Positions 18,724-28,121 of a stretch of 64,000 nt of DNA are shown here, one piece after another. Both the position numbers and the translations under genes were made by a program. The number at the start of each line of letters is the position of its first letter. Positions within the stretch are counted from its first letter, which is position 1. The stretch spans positions 124,001-188,000 of IMG/VR virus record IMGVR_UViG_3300028666_000022; one strand, given 5' to 3'. Below the pieces are notes generated by a model. That model worked only from the letters and a program-made list of their open reading frames with translations, had not been told where the DNA came from and made no database searches.

Positions 18724-20424
18724 TTAGTTTAGTTTAATTTGTTCATCTAAAATCTTTTCAATATTATCATAATCAAAATAGGGTATTCTAATTAATTTAA
18801 TGTTATTATCTCTAGCAAATTTATTTTTTATTTCATCATTGATTTGTCTTTGTTTAAATCCCTTTTCTCCACCAAAATGTTCAACTATTTCATAATGTTG
18901 TTTGCCATCAAATTCGATTAATATATTTTGTTCAGGTAAATAAAAATCAAATAATAATAAATTTATATTTTTACACCCTTCAAACATTTTTTCTTTCTCA
19001 TATAATATATTATTTTTTTCTAAAAATTTTCTAATTTTTCTTTCACCCTTACTTTCAGTACATTTTTTACAACCAGATTTACCGTTTATGTGCGTATGAG
19101 GTGTTTGTTCAAATTCTCCATGTATTGGACAGATAATTTTTATTTTAGTGCTATGATTAACATAAATTACTTTAGAATAATCATATTTAAAATCATGTAC
19201 AATATTTGCTTTTTCTATAAATTCTTCTGTTGTTAATATATTTGATGTCGCACTTTTTTCAATACCACATTTTATACAACCACTCGAAAAAACATGTCTA
19301 CTGGGTGGTTGCATAAACTCACCATGTATTGGACAAACTATTTTAACTTTGGTGTTACCATCCACATATTCAACCAAACTATAATCATATTTAAAATTAT
19401 GGAGAATATTAGCTTTCTCAATAAAATAATCTTTATCCAAATATTGATTACCACATTTAGGACACCCCGATTTTTGAGATATGTGAACTGTTGGTGTTTG
19501 TTTAAAAATACCATGTCCCTGTTTATTACACATTATCTCAACATTAATTTGACTACCAATATATTTTACTTTAGAATAATCATATTTATCACCATGTATA
19601 ATTTTGGCTCTCTCAATAAACTCTTTAGTTGTTATATATTTATCACTACATTTTGGACAATTATGTTTATAGTGAGAAGCAGGTGTTTGTTCAAAAACAT
19701 CATGTTCAGGACAAATTATTTTTACTTTTGTATCACAATTCACATATTCAACCAAACTATAATTATATTTATTATTGTGAATTTCATTTGCTTTTTTTAT
19801 AAATTCTTTTGTTGTTAATTTTGTTTCAGTACATTTTGGACAATTATTACTATGATAGATATGATTATTGGGGGTTTGTAAAAATTCTCCATGTTCTCTA
19901 CAAATAATCTTAACTTTAGTACCGCCATTTACATAATCAACTAAATTATAATCGTATTCATCACCATGTATTTTTTTCGCATCAACAATAAACTGTTCTT
20001 TTGATTTAACAAATTTTAAACGACAAACTTCTGTACCGCACTGAGGGCAGTTATGATTACTAAGATGGTTCATTGGAGTTTGCATAAACTCTCCATGAAT
20101 CGAACATACAATCTTAAGTTTAGTCCTACAATTAACATATTTACTTAAACTATAATCATATTTATCACCATGAATTTTTTGCGCTTTTTCAATAAAATTT
20201 TCAGTAGTTAATGTATTTTTTAATTTCATTGCTTCACGACCACATTCATAACAACCACATTCTGAATGTGTTTGTGGTGTTTGTAAAAATTCTCCATGTA
20301 TTGGGCAAATTATTAAAACCTTAGTTACATAATCAACATATTTCACCTTAGAATAATCATACTTATTACCATGAAAATTTCTTGCTTTTTCAATAAACTC
20401 TTCAGTTGTTAAAAATTTACCCAT
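18724..20424 (-). CDS. Homing-type endonuclease: 7 zinc-binding repeats plus C-terminal Vsr/PD-(D/E)XK domain
   Basis: 7 x EFI.KA..IH..KYDYS...Y....KV.IICP.HG.F.QTP..H....C..C; SKGE...FDFYLP..NILIEFDG.QH. Confidence 0.85.
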   Translation of the reverse strand: MGKFLTTEEFIEKARNFHGNKYDYSKVKYVDYVTKVLIICPIHGEFLQTPQTHSECGCYECGREAMKLKNTLTTENFIEKAQKIHGDKYDYSLSKYVNCRTKLKIVCSIHGEFMQTPMNHLSNHNCPQCGTEVCRLKFVKSKEQFIVDAKKIHGDEYDYNLVDYVNGGTKVKIICREHGEFLQTPNNHIYHSNNCPKCTETKLTTKEFIKKANEIHNNKYNYSLVEYVNCDTKVKIICPEHDVFEQTPASHYKHNCPKCSDKYITTKEFIERAKIIHGDKYDYSKVKYIGSQINVEIMCNKQGHGIFKQTPTVHISQKSGCPKCGNQYLDKDYFIEKANILHNFKYDYSLVEYVDGNTKVKIVCPIHGEFMQPPSRHVFSSGCIKCGIEKSATSNILTTEEFIEKANIVHDFKYDYSKVIYVNHSTKIKIICPIHGEFEQTPHTHINGKSGCKKCTESKGERKIRKFLEKNNILYEKEKMFEGCKNINLLLFDFYLPEQNILIEFDGKQHYEIVEHFGGEKGFKQRQINDEIKNKFARDNNIKLIRIPYFDYDNIEKILDEQIKLN

Positions 20425-20458
20425 TTTTATTTATTTTTAGATAATATTATTTTTCAGT

Positions 20459-20857
20459 TTAAAAACTTAAATCCAGACTTCCATTTTCAAAGAAATTATC
20501 TTGACTATATTGAAATAGTATATTTACATTTATTTGTGTTTCTGGAATAGGATTACCATTATCATCAATATTCCAATTAAATGTTACTTTAGTAATTTTT
20601 AATGCTGGTATATAAAGAGACACAGTATTTTTTATTTCTTCTTCAATATCACTAGCAGAATTTTGATCGTTCATTTCAAACACATATTTCAAAAGACCCG
20701 TTCCAAATTGCGGCATCATATATCTTTCTCCACGCTGCGTTAATAATAATAGTAATAAATCAGAGGTTAGTGCATCTTTACTAACTTGATTGGTTGAAAA
20801 ATATGTGTTAGTATCAGGACTATCAGTTAAAGGAAACTTTATATTATATGAAATCAT
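20459..20857 (-). CDS. Baseplate gp25/gpW-like protein
   Basis: LLLLLTQRGER.MMPQFGT.L..YVFE motif. Confidence 0.85.
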   Translation of the reverse strand: MISYNIKFPLTDSPDTNTYFSTNQVSKDALTSDLLLLLLTQRGERYMMPQFGTGLLKYVFEMNDQNSASDIEEEIKNTVSLYIPALKITKVTFNWNIDDNGNPIPETQINVNILFQYSQDNFFENGSLDLSF

Positions 20858-20870
20858 TATTAATATTTTT

Positions 20871-20879
20871 TATAAATAC
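20871..20879 (-). promoter_or_regulatory. Putative late promoter GTATTTATA at the head of the baseplate operon
   Basis: 13 nt upstream of the gp25-like ATG, directly after a terminator. Confidence 0.65.
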
Positions 20880-20880
20880 T

Positions 20881-20916
20881 AAAAATAAAAAAAGTCCCGA
20901 AACTAATCGAGACTTT
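20881..20916 (-). terminator. Intrinsic terminator closing the small-ORF block
   Basis: Minus strand AAAGTCTCGA-loop-TCGGGACTTT followed by a T-run. Confidence 0.75.
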
Positions 20917-20955
20917 AAAAAATAATAGAATATGAAAAAAGTAAAACAAAATCTC

Positions 20956-21180
20956 CTATATTTCAGCCCACAATTGAACATTATTCAAATCACCACCAGT
21001 TCTAAATTCTCCCCATTTTTCGTCAAATTCACCCGAATCACACATTTCTTCATTCATATTATCTTCATGAAATTCATTATATTTATCATTTGGTATTACG
21101 TACCAATGACAATCTTCATCTTGAACTGCTTTTACTTTCTGTAATGTCGTGCTCACATTATCTATTTTTAAATTATCCAT
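20956..21180 (-). CDS. Hypothetical acidic protein
   Basis: ORF track; QDEDCHWYVIP motif. Confidence 0.65.
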   Translation of the reverse strand: MDNLKIDNVSTTLQKVKAVQDEDCHWYVIPNDKYNEFHEDNMNEEMCDSGEFDEKWGEFRTGGDLNNVQLWAEI

Positions 21181-21467
21181 TCACCATCAACTCTAACCAC
21201 TTTACTTCTTTCAAGAGGAAAAACTTCATCAGTATCTCCATCAACTAAATTTTGAATCCAATGAATTCTACCAATTAATTTTTCTTCTGTTACCTTTTTT
21301 CTATTTACTCTTTTGGTTTGAGTTTCTAGTTTTTCGGTAAACCATTGTTTATCATCAGAAATAAGTAAATATTCTTTAGTTAATTCAAGTATTTCATTTT
21401 CCAATGTTTTAATACTTTCTTTTTTAACTTCAATTTTCGATTTAATTAATTCTCTTTCTGTTTTCAT
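21168..21467 (-). CDS. Hypothetical protein (start revised to MKTERE)
   Basis: The upstream GTG extension overlaps a separate lipoprotein ORF. Confidence 0.65.
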   Translation of the reverse strand: MKTERELIKSKIEVKKESIKTLENEILELTKEYLLISDDKQWFTEKLETQTKRVNRKKVTEEKLIGRIHWIQNLVDGDTDEVFPLERSKVVRVDGEWII

Positions 21468-21468
21468 A

Positions 21469-21603
21469 TTATTTAATTTTTTCGGGATAACTAAACGGAT
21501 AATTAATCGGTATATTAGATTTTTGAGGTACTGTGGTACGACAAGAACAACACACAAATATTATTGCTATTAATACAACTAAAACATATTTAATATTTAA
21601 CAT
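21469..21603 (-). CDS. Small predicted lipoprotein, 44 aa (absent from ORF track)
   Basis: MLNIKYVLVVLIAIIFVCCS-CRTTVPQKSNIPINYPFSYPEKIK: basic residue, hydrophobic core, lipobox-like Cys. Confidence 0.6.
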   Translation of the reverse strand: MLNIKYVLVVLIAIIFVCCSCRTTVPQKSNIPINYPFSYPEKIK

Positions 21604-21850
21604 CTTTATTTTTAAATATCTCACTTAATTCTATATCAAAACATTCGCAAATATTCTGCATTTCAAAAACAAAATATCCTTCTTTCATTATGCAATCTAA
21701 TCCATCATCATCAAATATAGATGAACCAAGTAATTTATTCCATTCATCAATATGTTGTATTTCGACATACATAAACACTTCACTATCATAATACCAATGA
21801 TATTCAATATCATTTTCTTTTACAAACTTATATAAATCAATTGCTTTCAT
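21590..21850 (-). CDS. Hypothetical protein
   Basis: ORF track. Confidence 0.7.
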   Translation of the reverse strand: MKAIDLYKFVKENDIEYHWYYDSEVFMYVEIQHIDEWNKLLGSSIFDDDGLDCIMKEGYFVFEMQNICECFDIELSEIFKNKDVKY

Positions 21851-21862
21851 AATATTATTATT

Positions 21863-22081
21863 TTATTCAAAAAAAGTAAAACCATCAGGATCTATTCCCA
21901 AATATTTGCACATAAAAATACTTGATGTACTACCACCTTTATTTGTGTGTGACAATAAATATTCTTTAACCAATACCCAATTTAAACTAGATTTTCGCCT
22001 ATTTTTAGGCATATTTTGTTCAATATTTCTCATCACACCAAGTAAAAATTTTGGTTCATTAGCATCAATTATTTGTTCCAT
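21863..22081 (-). CDS. Hypothetical protein
   Basis: ORF track; NWVLV...GSTSS..C..LGIDPD. Confidence 0.7.
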   Translation of the reverse strand: MEQIIDANEPKFLLGVMRNIEQNMPKNRRKSSLNWVLVKEYLLSHTNKGGSTSSIFMCKYLGIDPDGFTFFE

Positions 22082-22220
22082 TTTCTTTATTTAAACTTAA
22101 TAACATCTTTGTTAAATTTTCGTTTTGTTCTCTAAGTAATTTATTTTCTGCTCTTAATTCAGCCAAATCAACTGCAGCTTGAATAATTCTTTCAAGTATA
22201 TTTTCTTCTTGTTTTGTCAT
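22065..22220 (-). CDS. Small coiled-coil protein, 51 aa (absent from track)
   Basis: MTKQEENILERIIQAAVDLAELRAENKLLREQNENL..., fills an intergenic gap. Confidence 0.6.
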   Translation of the reverse strand: MTKQEENILERIIQAAVDLAELRAENKLLREQNENLTKMLLSLNKENGTNN

Positions 22221-22221
22221 T

Positions 22222-22404
22222 TCATTTTGAATTTAAAAACAATAGCATTTGCCAAATATTAATGTTATCATACTCCCGATAATTTCTTTCTTTATCAGTA
22301 AAATATTTCACTGAACAAACAGCACCATCAATATGATAATAATCAATATAAACATTTTCATTACTACCATTTCCCTTTAAATATTTTTCCAACAACTCTT
22401 CCAT
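22222..22404 (-). CDS. Hypothetical protein
   Basis: ORF track. Confidence 0.65.
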   Translation of the reverse strand: MEELLEKYLKGNGSNENVYIDYYHIDGAVCSVKYFTDKERNYREYDNINIWQMLLFLNSK

Positions 22405-22422
22405 AACATTAAATCATTTTAA

Positions 22423-22740
22423 TTATTTTTTATTTATTAACATTTTCTTTATTAAAACCCAATCACATTTTTCGGTAAAATACGATTTTTCTTCATCAAT
22501 TGCAGATATTAAGCCCCCGCCAGAATATTTTAATCCATGAATATTAGGATAAATTTTTGATTTAAACCTTTTATATTCATATATTAAAACATATGATTCT
22601 AAGAAAATTTTATATTCATTATTAATATTTATTGGAAACCAAGCAAATTTTCTAATTTCTTTTTTATCTCCAATATTAATTAATGTTTGTTTTTTAATTA
22701 ACATTGGTTTATATGATTGTTTATTTATTTTCCAAATCAT
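22423..22740 (-). CDS. Hypothetical protein
   Basis: ORF track; RKFAWFPI motif. Confidence 0.6.
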   Translation of the reverse strand: MIWKINKQSYKPMLIKKQTLINIGDKKEIRKFAWFPININNEYKIFLESYVLIYEYKRFKSKIYPNIHGLKYSGGGLISAIDEEKSYFTEKCDWVLIKKMLINKK

Positions 22741-22755
22741 TTTAAAAACATTAAA

Positions 22756-23079
22756 TTATTTTAATTCATCTTCTATTATTTCATTTATCATTATAAGTTC
22801 TTCGTTAGATTGCAACATATTGTGTAAATATGAATCTAAATCATAATCAACAGAACAATCTAATTCAGATAATATACTTTCAGCATATCCTAAATTTTTT
22901 TCAAATCTTTTATGTCTTTCAATAACATAAGGTTCATTATCCACAATATAATCGTTTAATAATTCACGAGCATCTTCACATCTTGAACCTTCACACATAA
23001 ATGTAGAAGTATGATGTTTACATCCTAAAATATTTATTTCGCATAAATCGCACATTAAATTTTCAGTATAATTATTCAT
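22756..23079 (-). CDS. Hypothetical protein with Cys-rich N-terminus
   Basis: CDLC...C...CEGSRC. Confidence 0.65.
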   Translation of the reverse strand: MNNYTENLMCDLCEINILGCKHHTSTFMCEGSRCEDARELLNDYIVDNEPYVIERHKRFEKNLGYAESILSELDCSVDYDLDSYLHNMLQSNEELIMINEIIEDELK

Positions 23080-23085
23080 AGTATT

Positions 23086-23328
23086 TTATTTACGTATATG
23101 TAATTCACACATTCCATGTTGTTGTTCGAAAATCATTCCTTTATTATTATCACTACAAATATGTTCCACAATACAAACATACATTCCAGTACTTTCAGAA
23201 ACCTTACCTTTATTAATACTATTCCAAGGATGTTTGAATAACTCTATTTGATTTTTACAATTACAACAACAATCACCATCATGCCAAGCTTTGGCATCAA
23301 AGCATTTAACATATTTTTCAGATTTCAT
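23086..23328 (-). CDS. Small Cys-rich hypothetical protein
   Basis: CCCNC...C...HGMCELH. Confidence 0.65.
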   Translation of the reverse strand: MKSEKYVKCFDAKAWHDGDCCCNCKNQIELFKHPWNSINKGKVSESTGMYVCIVEHICSDNNKGMIFEQQHGMCELHIRK

Positions 23329-23329
23329 A

Positions 23330-23521
23330 TTATCTCATTGTTTTATAAATATTCATACTACCTATAACAATACAAACTATATTTGCAACTAAATAAATAA
23401 TTGTAGATACACTAACATAATAATGCGTTATTTTATCAATATTTATAGCTAATCCTATTGATCCTATAAATAATAAAATTAATCCCCAAATAAAAATTCT
23501 TGTTTCTTTATTCATAATCAT
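23330..23521 (-). CDS. Small two-TM membrane protein
   Basis: Two hydrophobic helices. Confidence 0.6.
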   Translation of the reverse strand: MIMNKETRIFIWGLILLFIGSIGLAINIDKITHYYVSVSTIIYLVANIVCIVIGSMNIYKTMR

Positions 23522-23738
23522 CTAATTTTAGAATACCCTCAATACTAGAATTATCTAATCTATCACCATTACTCTCAAGTTCTAATACAACAATTCTTTT
23601 TACTGATAAATCACATTTAATTCTATTAACTCCTATAGCAATTACATAACCACTTTCGGAATAATTTTTAATTTTAGTTTTACACAAATAATATTCACTA
23701 TCAACTAAAGTTATGTCTTCAATTTTTTTTAATTTCAT
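23508..23738 (-). CDS. Hypothetical protein
   Basis: ORF track. Confidence 0.6.
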   Translation of the reverse strand: MKLKKIEDITLVDSEYYLCKTKIKNYSESGYVIAIGVNRIKCDLSVKRIVVLELESNGDRLDNSSIEGILKLDDYE

Positions 23739-23740
23739 AA

Positions 23741-23887
23741 TTAATTTGTTTTATGTGGACATTTAATTGGATTATCAGAATATTCCATACAACAACGCGC
23801 TCCAAATCCTTTTAATGATCTTTTTACTTGTTTACATCTACACCAAGCACCAGAATCATTAAATTTACAATTAATTTTTAATAACAT
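23741..23887 (-). CDS. Small Cys-rich protein, 48 aa (absent from track)
   Basis: MLLKINCKFNDSGAWCRCKQVKRSLKGFGARCCMEYSDNPIKCPHKTN. Confidence 0.55.
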   Translation of the reverse strand: MLLKINCKFNDSGAWCRCKQVKRSLKGFGARCCMEYSDNPIKCPHKTN

Positions 23888-23894
23888 AATTGAT

Positions 23895-24053
23895 TTAAAT
23901 TAAATTTTCAACAAATATAATCATCTCATCTAAAATTCTATTAGAACCTTCCATATATGGAGTAATTTCAACACTATTTAAATTACAATAATCATCATTT
24001 AATATTTTCTTACGTTTAAGTTCAAATAAAATATTTTCAACATTATTTTCCAT
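23895..24053 (-). CDS. Hypothetical protein, 52 aa (absent from track)
   Basis: MENNVENILFELKRKK..., fills an intergenic gap. Confidence 0.5.
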   Translation of the reverse strand: MENNVENILFELKRKKILNDDYCNLNSVEITPYMEGSNRILDEMIIFVENLI

Positions 24054-24085
24054 ATAAATTATTTTAAGATTTAATAATAAAAGAA

Positions 24086-24141
24086 TTCTAGCTCAATAAT
24101 TAAGAATAATGATCTACATTTCTAATTATATTGAGCTAGAA
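24086..24141. terminator. Long hairpin downstream of 24150-24617 (terminator or processing site)
   Basis: 13-bp perfect stem TTCTAGCTCAATA / TATTGAGCTAGAA, extendable with a bulge. Confidence 0.5.
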
Positions 24142-24149
24142 CCACAGAT

Positions 24150-24617
24150 TTAATCAACATTAAAACTTTTCTTTTTACTTTTTTTATCTTTAGTTTGAGC
24201 TTTTGAAACATCCTCATTTTGTTTCTTTAAATCAAACAAAGATTTAATACTTTCATGAAGGCTAATAATCGGGGCATGACCATATTTTTCTAATACACCT
24301 CTATATGTACTAAAGTTTGGTTTTTCCACTGAAACCACATCAGTATCTGAAACTGTTACTCCGGCAAGACATTCATTTATTGCCATTTTTTGCTGTTCTA
24401 CTGTTAGTTGTTCTAGGATTTCTTCATTAAAAACAACAACTATGTTGAAATTACATAGTGTTTCAACCATTTCATTCAACTTAACTATCTTATATAGTTG
24501 TTTTTGTTTATTACAAGATAGAACTTCAAATTCAATCCATTGTGGAATCGATGTACTGTTCCTTACTTCTTCAAAAGTTTTTACTACATCTTCACTTGCT
24601 TTTTCAAACTTACTCAT
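24150..24617 (-). CDS. Phage metallopeptidase-like protein, probably inactive
   Basis: EQLT.EQQ.MAINECL.GV...KPNF..Y.GVLEKYG; the HELxH-equivalent lacks His residues. Confidence 0.5.
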   Translation of the reverse strand: MSKFEKASEDVVKTFEEVRNSTSIPQWIEFEVLSCNKQKQLYKIVKLNEMVETLCNFNIVVVFNEEILEQLTVEQQKMAINECLAGVTVSDTDVVSVEKPNFSTYRGVLEKYGHAPIISLHESIKSLFDLKKQNEDVSKAQTKDKKSKKKSFNVD

Positions 24618-24647
24618 TTTATTTTATTTTAAATTGTTAATACTAAA

Positions 24648-24794
24648 CTATTTTTTATTATATACTAAATTCCACTCATAATACATATCAGAAAACCATT
24701 CTTCTAGTGTAGAATTACATTTAGCTATTTGTTGCAACGATGTTAAGTAATATTTTTTACTTCTTTCGTTAATAATATATTCAGAAAATGTCAT
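24648..24794 (-). CDS. Hypothetical protein, 48 aa (absent from track)
   Basis: MTFSEYIINERSKKYY..., fills an intergenic gap. Confidence 0.5.
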   Translation of the reverse strand: MTFSEYIINERSKKYYLTSLQQIAKCNSTLEEWFSDMYYEWNLVYNKK

Positions 24795-24799
24795 AATAA

Positions 24800-25072
24800 T
24801 TAGCCTTCAATTTCCTCAATGTCTATTGCCATCCAATGTTTTTTCATTTCATCTGTTAGTTCTTCACAAAAACAAATGTTTAGTTCATCTAATTTTATTG
24901 GGTTATTTGTTGGTAAGTAAACATCATTTAGAGTTACACTAGGTTCTCCAAAATCATTAATATTTGTTTCCATTCGAGCCAGAAACTTTTCTTTTGCTTC
25001 TTCTGGCGAATTTGCTTCAACGTCAACAAACATCATTCCAATGAATTGTGCTAATACTTCGTATTTTTTCAT
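24800..25072 (-). CDS. Hypothetical protein
   Basis: MKKYEV...VEANSPEEAKEK, a common small phage motif. Confidence 0.7.
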   Translation of the reverse strand: MKKYEVLAQFIGMMFVDVEANSPEEAKEKFLARMETNINDFGEPSVTLNDVYLPTNNPIKLDELNICFCEELTDEMKKHWMAIDIEEIEG

Positions 25073-25098
25073 AAATTTTATTTTTAGTTAGGGAACAT

Positions 25099-25335
25099 TT
25101 AAAAAGTCCACCGTATTGTTAAATACTTCTTTTCTGTTGTATACCAAATTAAAACAATCGGAATTATTGGAATCCAAACAATTATTGGAAGTAATATAAT
25201 CATTCCAGTAATACTATAACTATCTTTCATTTTACAATAAGTGATTTCATGTTTAAACCAATTTTTGTAAGTCATCCAGCAAACATATTCTTGAACAATT
25301 GCTATAATTAATATTACAATTTCTAATGTTGTCAT
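25099..25335 (-). CDS. Small membrane protein
   Basis: Two hydrophobic segments. Confidence 0.6.
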   Translation of the reverse strand: MTTLEIVILIIAIVQEYVCWMTYKNWFKHEITYCKMKDSYSITGMIILLPIIVWIPIIPIVLIWYTTEKKYLTIRWTF

Positions 25336-25346
25336 AATTTTTAATT

Positions 25347-25634
25347 TTAAATTTGAACATTATATATGCCATAATTTAATGAATAATCACCATTACTATT
25401 ATTAGTAGTATGTGTTATCCAAGGTTGTTGCCAATATGGAGGTGAATTAGTATATGGTTTATAAGGTTCAATAACAATTGGATTTGTCCAATTTATTATA
25501 GTTTGTGTTTCGAGTTTAAATTCTTTCCATAAACCATCAGGTAATAATATTTCTATTGCTTCAAAAAATTCTTTAAGATTTACTGATTCTTCAACCTTAA
25601 TTAATTTTGCTGTTGTATCTAGCTGGATTTTCAT
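25347..25634 (-). CDS. Hypothetical protein
   Basis: ORF track; Pro/Tyr/Trp-rich tail. Confidence 0.7.
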   Translation of the reverse strand: MKIQLDTTAKLIKVEESVNLKEFFEAIEILLPDGLWKEFKLETQTIINWTNPIVIEPYKPYTNSPPYWQQPWITHTTNNSNGDYSLNYGIYNVQI

Positions 25635-25876
25635 AAATTTATTAATTTAATGTTATTATCTTTATAAAACATTTCATTAAATTCTCTCAATAATTCCATT
25701 TCTAAATCATCTCTTTCTTTTAATGATTTGATTGCTAATTCAAAACGTTCTGGTGTTAGTTCATCTAAAGATGAAATATAAAACCTTTGTGTAGGTATAG
25801 TAAACACACTATAACCATTATTACATCTATCGATGGTGATACCATTTACAATATATTTTAAGATTTCTTCTTTCAT
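25631..25876 (-). CDS. Hypothetical protein
   Basis: ORF track; ATGA overlap. Confidence 0.7.
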   Translation of the reverse strand: MKEEILKYIVNGITIDRCNNGYSVFTIPTQRFYISSLDELTPERFELAIKSLKERDDLEMELLREFNEMFYKDNNIKLINL

Positions 25877-25889
25877 AATTTATTTAGTT

Positions 25890-26114
25890 TTATGTGCTTC
25901 TTCCAATTAATAAATAATTCATATTACCAGTTTTATTTGGTTCAATAGTACCGCCATATGAATCCAAATCACTATCTTTTGGTAATTTAAATTTACCCTT
26001 TTTAATATTACTAAATCTTAAATATTCTAATCCATATTCATAACCATTAACCAAAACAATAGCATCTTGATCTTCTTTTTCAAGTCGTTTAATTAATTCT
26101 TTAATTGTATTCAT
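25890..26114 (-). CDS. Hypothetical protein (start revised to MNTIKELI)
   Basis: T.KELI..L...D.DA.VLV.GYE.G motif; the longer track start overlaps a promoter. Confidence 0.65.
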   Translation of the reverse strand: MNTIKELIKRLEKEDQDAIVLVNGYEYGLEYLRFSNIKKGKFKLPKDSDLDSYGGTIEPNKTGNMNYLLIGRST

Positions 26115-26139
26115 AATAAAAATTAGATTTATTTCACCA

Positions 26140-26170
26140 CAAACATACAAATTATTTTAATCTCTTACAA
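26140..26170 (-). promoter_or_regulatory. Bacteroidota-type promoter (TTG-N20-TATGTTTG)
   Basis: CAAACATA at 26140-26147 and CAA at 26168-26170. Confidence 0.6.
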
Positions 26171-26606
26171 CATATTTTGATTTTATTTCTTCAATTTTTA
26201 AAAATAAATCTCCAAATGCTTGATTTTCTGATTTTAATTCATTTCCAAATTTATTTTCTAATTCTTGAACAAAAGAATACATATCTTCAATGCTGAGTTT
26301 AACCATATCTTCGATTTCAATTAAAGTGGCTAATTGTTTGTTGGCAATATTAACACTATCTTTTTGTCGTATTACTTCCATCTTTTGTTCGTATTCAGAT
26401 TGTAATTCAGAAGCTTCTTTTTCTAATTCAACGTTTTCTGGTTGAATTTTAGGAAAATTTACTTTACCATCATTATATTTATTTTTTATTTTTTCATCAA
26501 CTAACTTGTTGATTTCATTAATCTCTTCTATTTTCTTAGCCGCGTCAGAATTAAATTCACCTGTTTCAACAGCATTCTTTAAACTATTTAAAAAATCTAA
26601 AGCCAT
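26157..26606 (-). CDS. Hypothetical coiled-coil protein
   Basis: ORF track. Confidence 0.7.
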   Translation of the reverse strand: MALDFLNSLKNAVETGEFNSDAAKKIEEINEINKLVDEKIKNKYNDGKVNFPKIQPENVELEKEASELQSEYEQKMEVIRQKDSVNIANKQLATLIEIEDMVKLSIEDMYSFVQELENKFGNELKSENQAFGDLFLKIEEIKSKYVVRD

Positions 26607-26618
26607 AAATTTTTCTTG

Positions 26619-27107
26619 TTAAATATTATTATTTTTTAATTTTATATCAGTACCATATACACTACCACACACATAGCCAAAAACAAATTCTTGTAAATTA
26701 AATATTTTTGATTTATTAATTATATTAATGAGTTTTATTCTATATTCTTCTGATTGAAGACTAAGTGTATCTGCAATATCTAAATCCCCACCATCTAACA
26801 TTGTTAGCATTAGAAAATCCCAATTAATTTCATTTTTCATTTTCTTATATTTACCAAAATGAACATGATACCATTTTTTAGGAAAACTATCATTAGCTTT
26901 TTTTATAGAATTTAAATTACAATAATCTCTTATTGTACTTTCTAAATAACTTTCTTTCCAAGGTCTTCCAATTGATATGTAGAAACATAAAAATTGTATT
27001 TCTAAATAATTAGCACCTCTTGCTTTCCAAAAATAAGAAAACCATTTAGTTCTAAATTTTATTTTAAACCAAAACACCCAAGGATAATCATTTTGTCTTT
27101 TTTTCAT
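26619..27107 (-). CDS. Hypothetical protein
   Basis: ORF track; preceded by a promoter. Confidence 0.6.
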   Translation of the reverse strand: MKKRQNDYPWVFWFKIKFRTKWFSYFWKARGANYLEIQFLCFYISIGRPWKESYLESTIRDYCNLNSIKKANDSFPKKWYHVHFGKYKKMKNEINWDFLMLTMLDGGDLDIADTLSLQSEEYRIKLINIINKSKIFNLQEFVFGYVCGSVYGTDIKLKNNNI

Positions 27108-27123
27108 ATTTTTTATTTTAAAA

Positions 27124-27154
27124 CAAAAATAAGAAAAAATATTACAACTTGCAA
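27124..27154 (-). promoter_or_regulatory. Bacteroidota-type promoter (TTG-N20-TATTTTTG) heading the small-ORF block
   Basis: CAAAAATA at 27124-27131 and CAA at 27152-27154. Confidence 0.7.
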
Positions 27155-27206
27155 TACATTTCCTTATTTAAATTCTCTATATTTAATTATTTTTCTCCAG
27201 AACGAT

Positions 27207-28121
27207 CTAAATTGTCCCCATATTTTCCATCTCAATCCCATTGAATTTAATGACTTCATGAGTATTATTATAAACTATTCTCTTTGAATATTCATTGATT
27301 TTAAATCCAATCAATTCTCCATATTCATTTTTAACTGATACTTCAGATATATTTAAAATATCTTTGAATATATCAGAATCATCTGAAAGGTTTGTTGTTT
27401 TGAATTTTAATGGTATAAAAAATTCTAATTGTCTATATTCAAACCCTATTTTTTTAACATGAAGAAATTCGGTTAGTTGTTCAATTTTATTTACAACTTC
27501 TTCTTTTTCTCTAAAGATTTTAATTGGGAATTCAAATTGTTTTGATTTTTTAACCATATCTTGAACTTCATATTCAAAATCAACATCTTCTTTGTTTGTT
27601 TTTTCAACAACATCAAATACTTTGCCCAATCCTACTTCAATTGGTATGTTATTGAATATGTATAATAATTCATAATCATCATCCTTAGTTCGTCTCTCTT
27701 CTTTCTCTAATTCTAGTACCTCACTAATACATTTTCCGGCGTATCTATGACCCTCGTCAAAAAAACCATAGTGCTCATATCGCCTCCCATATTGATCTTT
27801 CATTCCATAACTAGTATGATATTTATCTGCAGCAACAGCCATTTTATGTGGTGATGCAGTTTTTATAAATTTCTCGCTCTTCTTTAAAATATCGTAATAT
27901 AATTCAGTATATTTATCATTTTTTTTGCCTGCATAGAATTCTTCTAATAACTGATTTCTATGTCGCATTCTCTGAATTCTTTTATCACCCTCTTTTAAAT
28001 CAAAAGGATTAGCCTTAAGTATCTCAACCTCAGTATTATATAAAGCAATTGAAATATTGATTAATATAGAGTGAATTTTTAAGTAAATCCAGAGAAATAT
28101 GTTTTGAAAGATTTTTTTCAT
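27207..28121 (-). CDS. Hypothetical protein
   Basis: 304-aa ORF. Confidence 0.75.
   Translation of the reverse strand: MKKIFQNIFLWIYLKIHSILINISIALYNTEVEILKANPFDLKEGDKRIQRMRHRNQLLEEFYAGKKNDKYTELYYDILKKSEKFIKTASPHKMAVAADKYHTSYGMKDQYGRRYEHYGFFDEGHRYAGKCISEVLELEKEERRTKDDDYELLYIFNNIPIEVGLGKVFDVVEKTNKEDVDFEYEVQDMVKKSKQFEFPIKIFREKEEVVNKIEQLTEFLHVKKIGFEYRQLEFFIPLKFKTTNLSDDSDIFKDILNISEVSVKNEYGELIGFKINEYSKRIVYNNTHEVIKFNGIEMENMGTI

Noticed and set aside
23912-23919. TATATTTG as a full Bacteroidota promoter
   Set aside because: No TTG at the 20-nt spacing, and it lies inside a small ORF; left uncalled.
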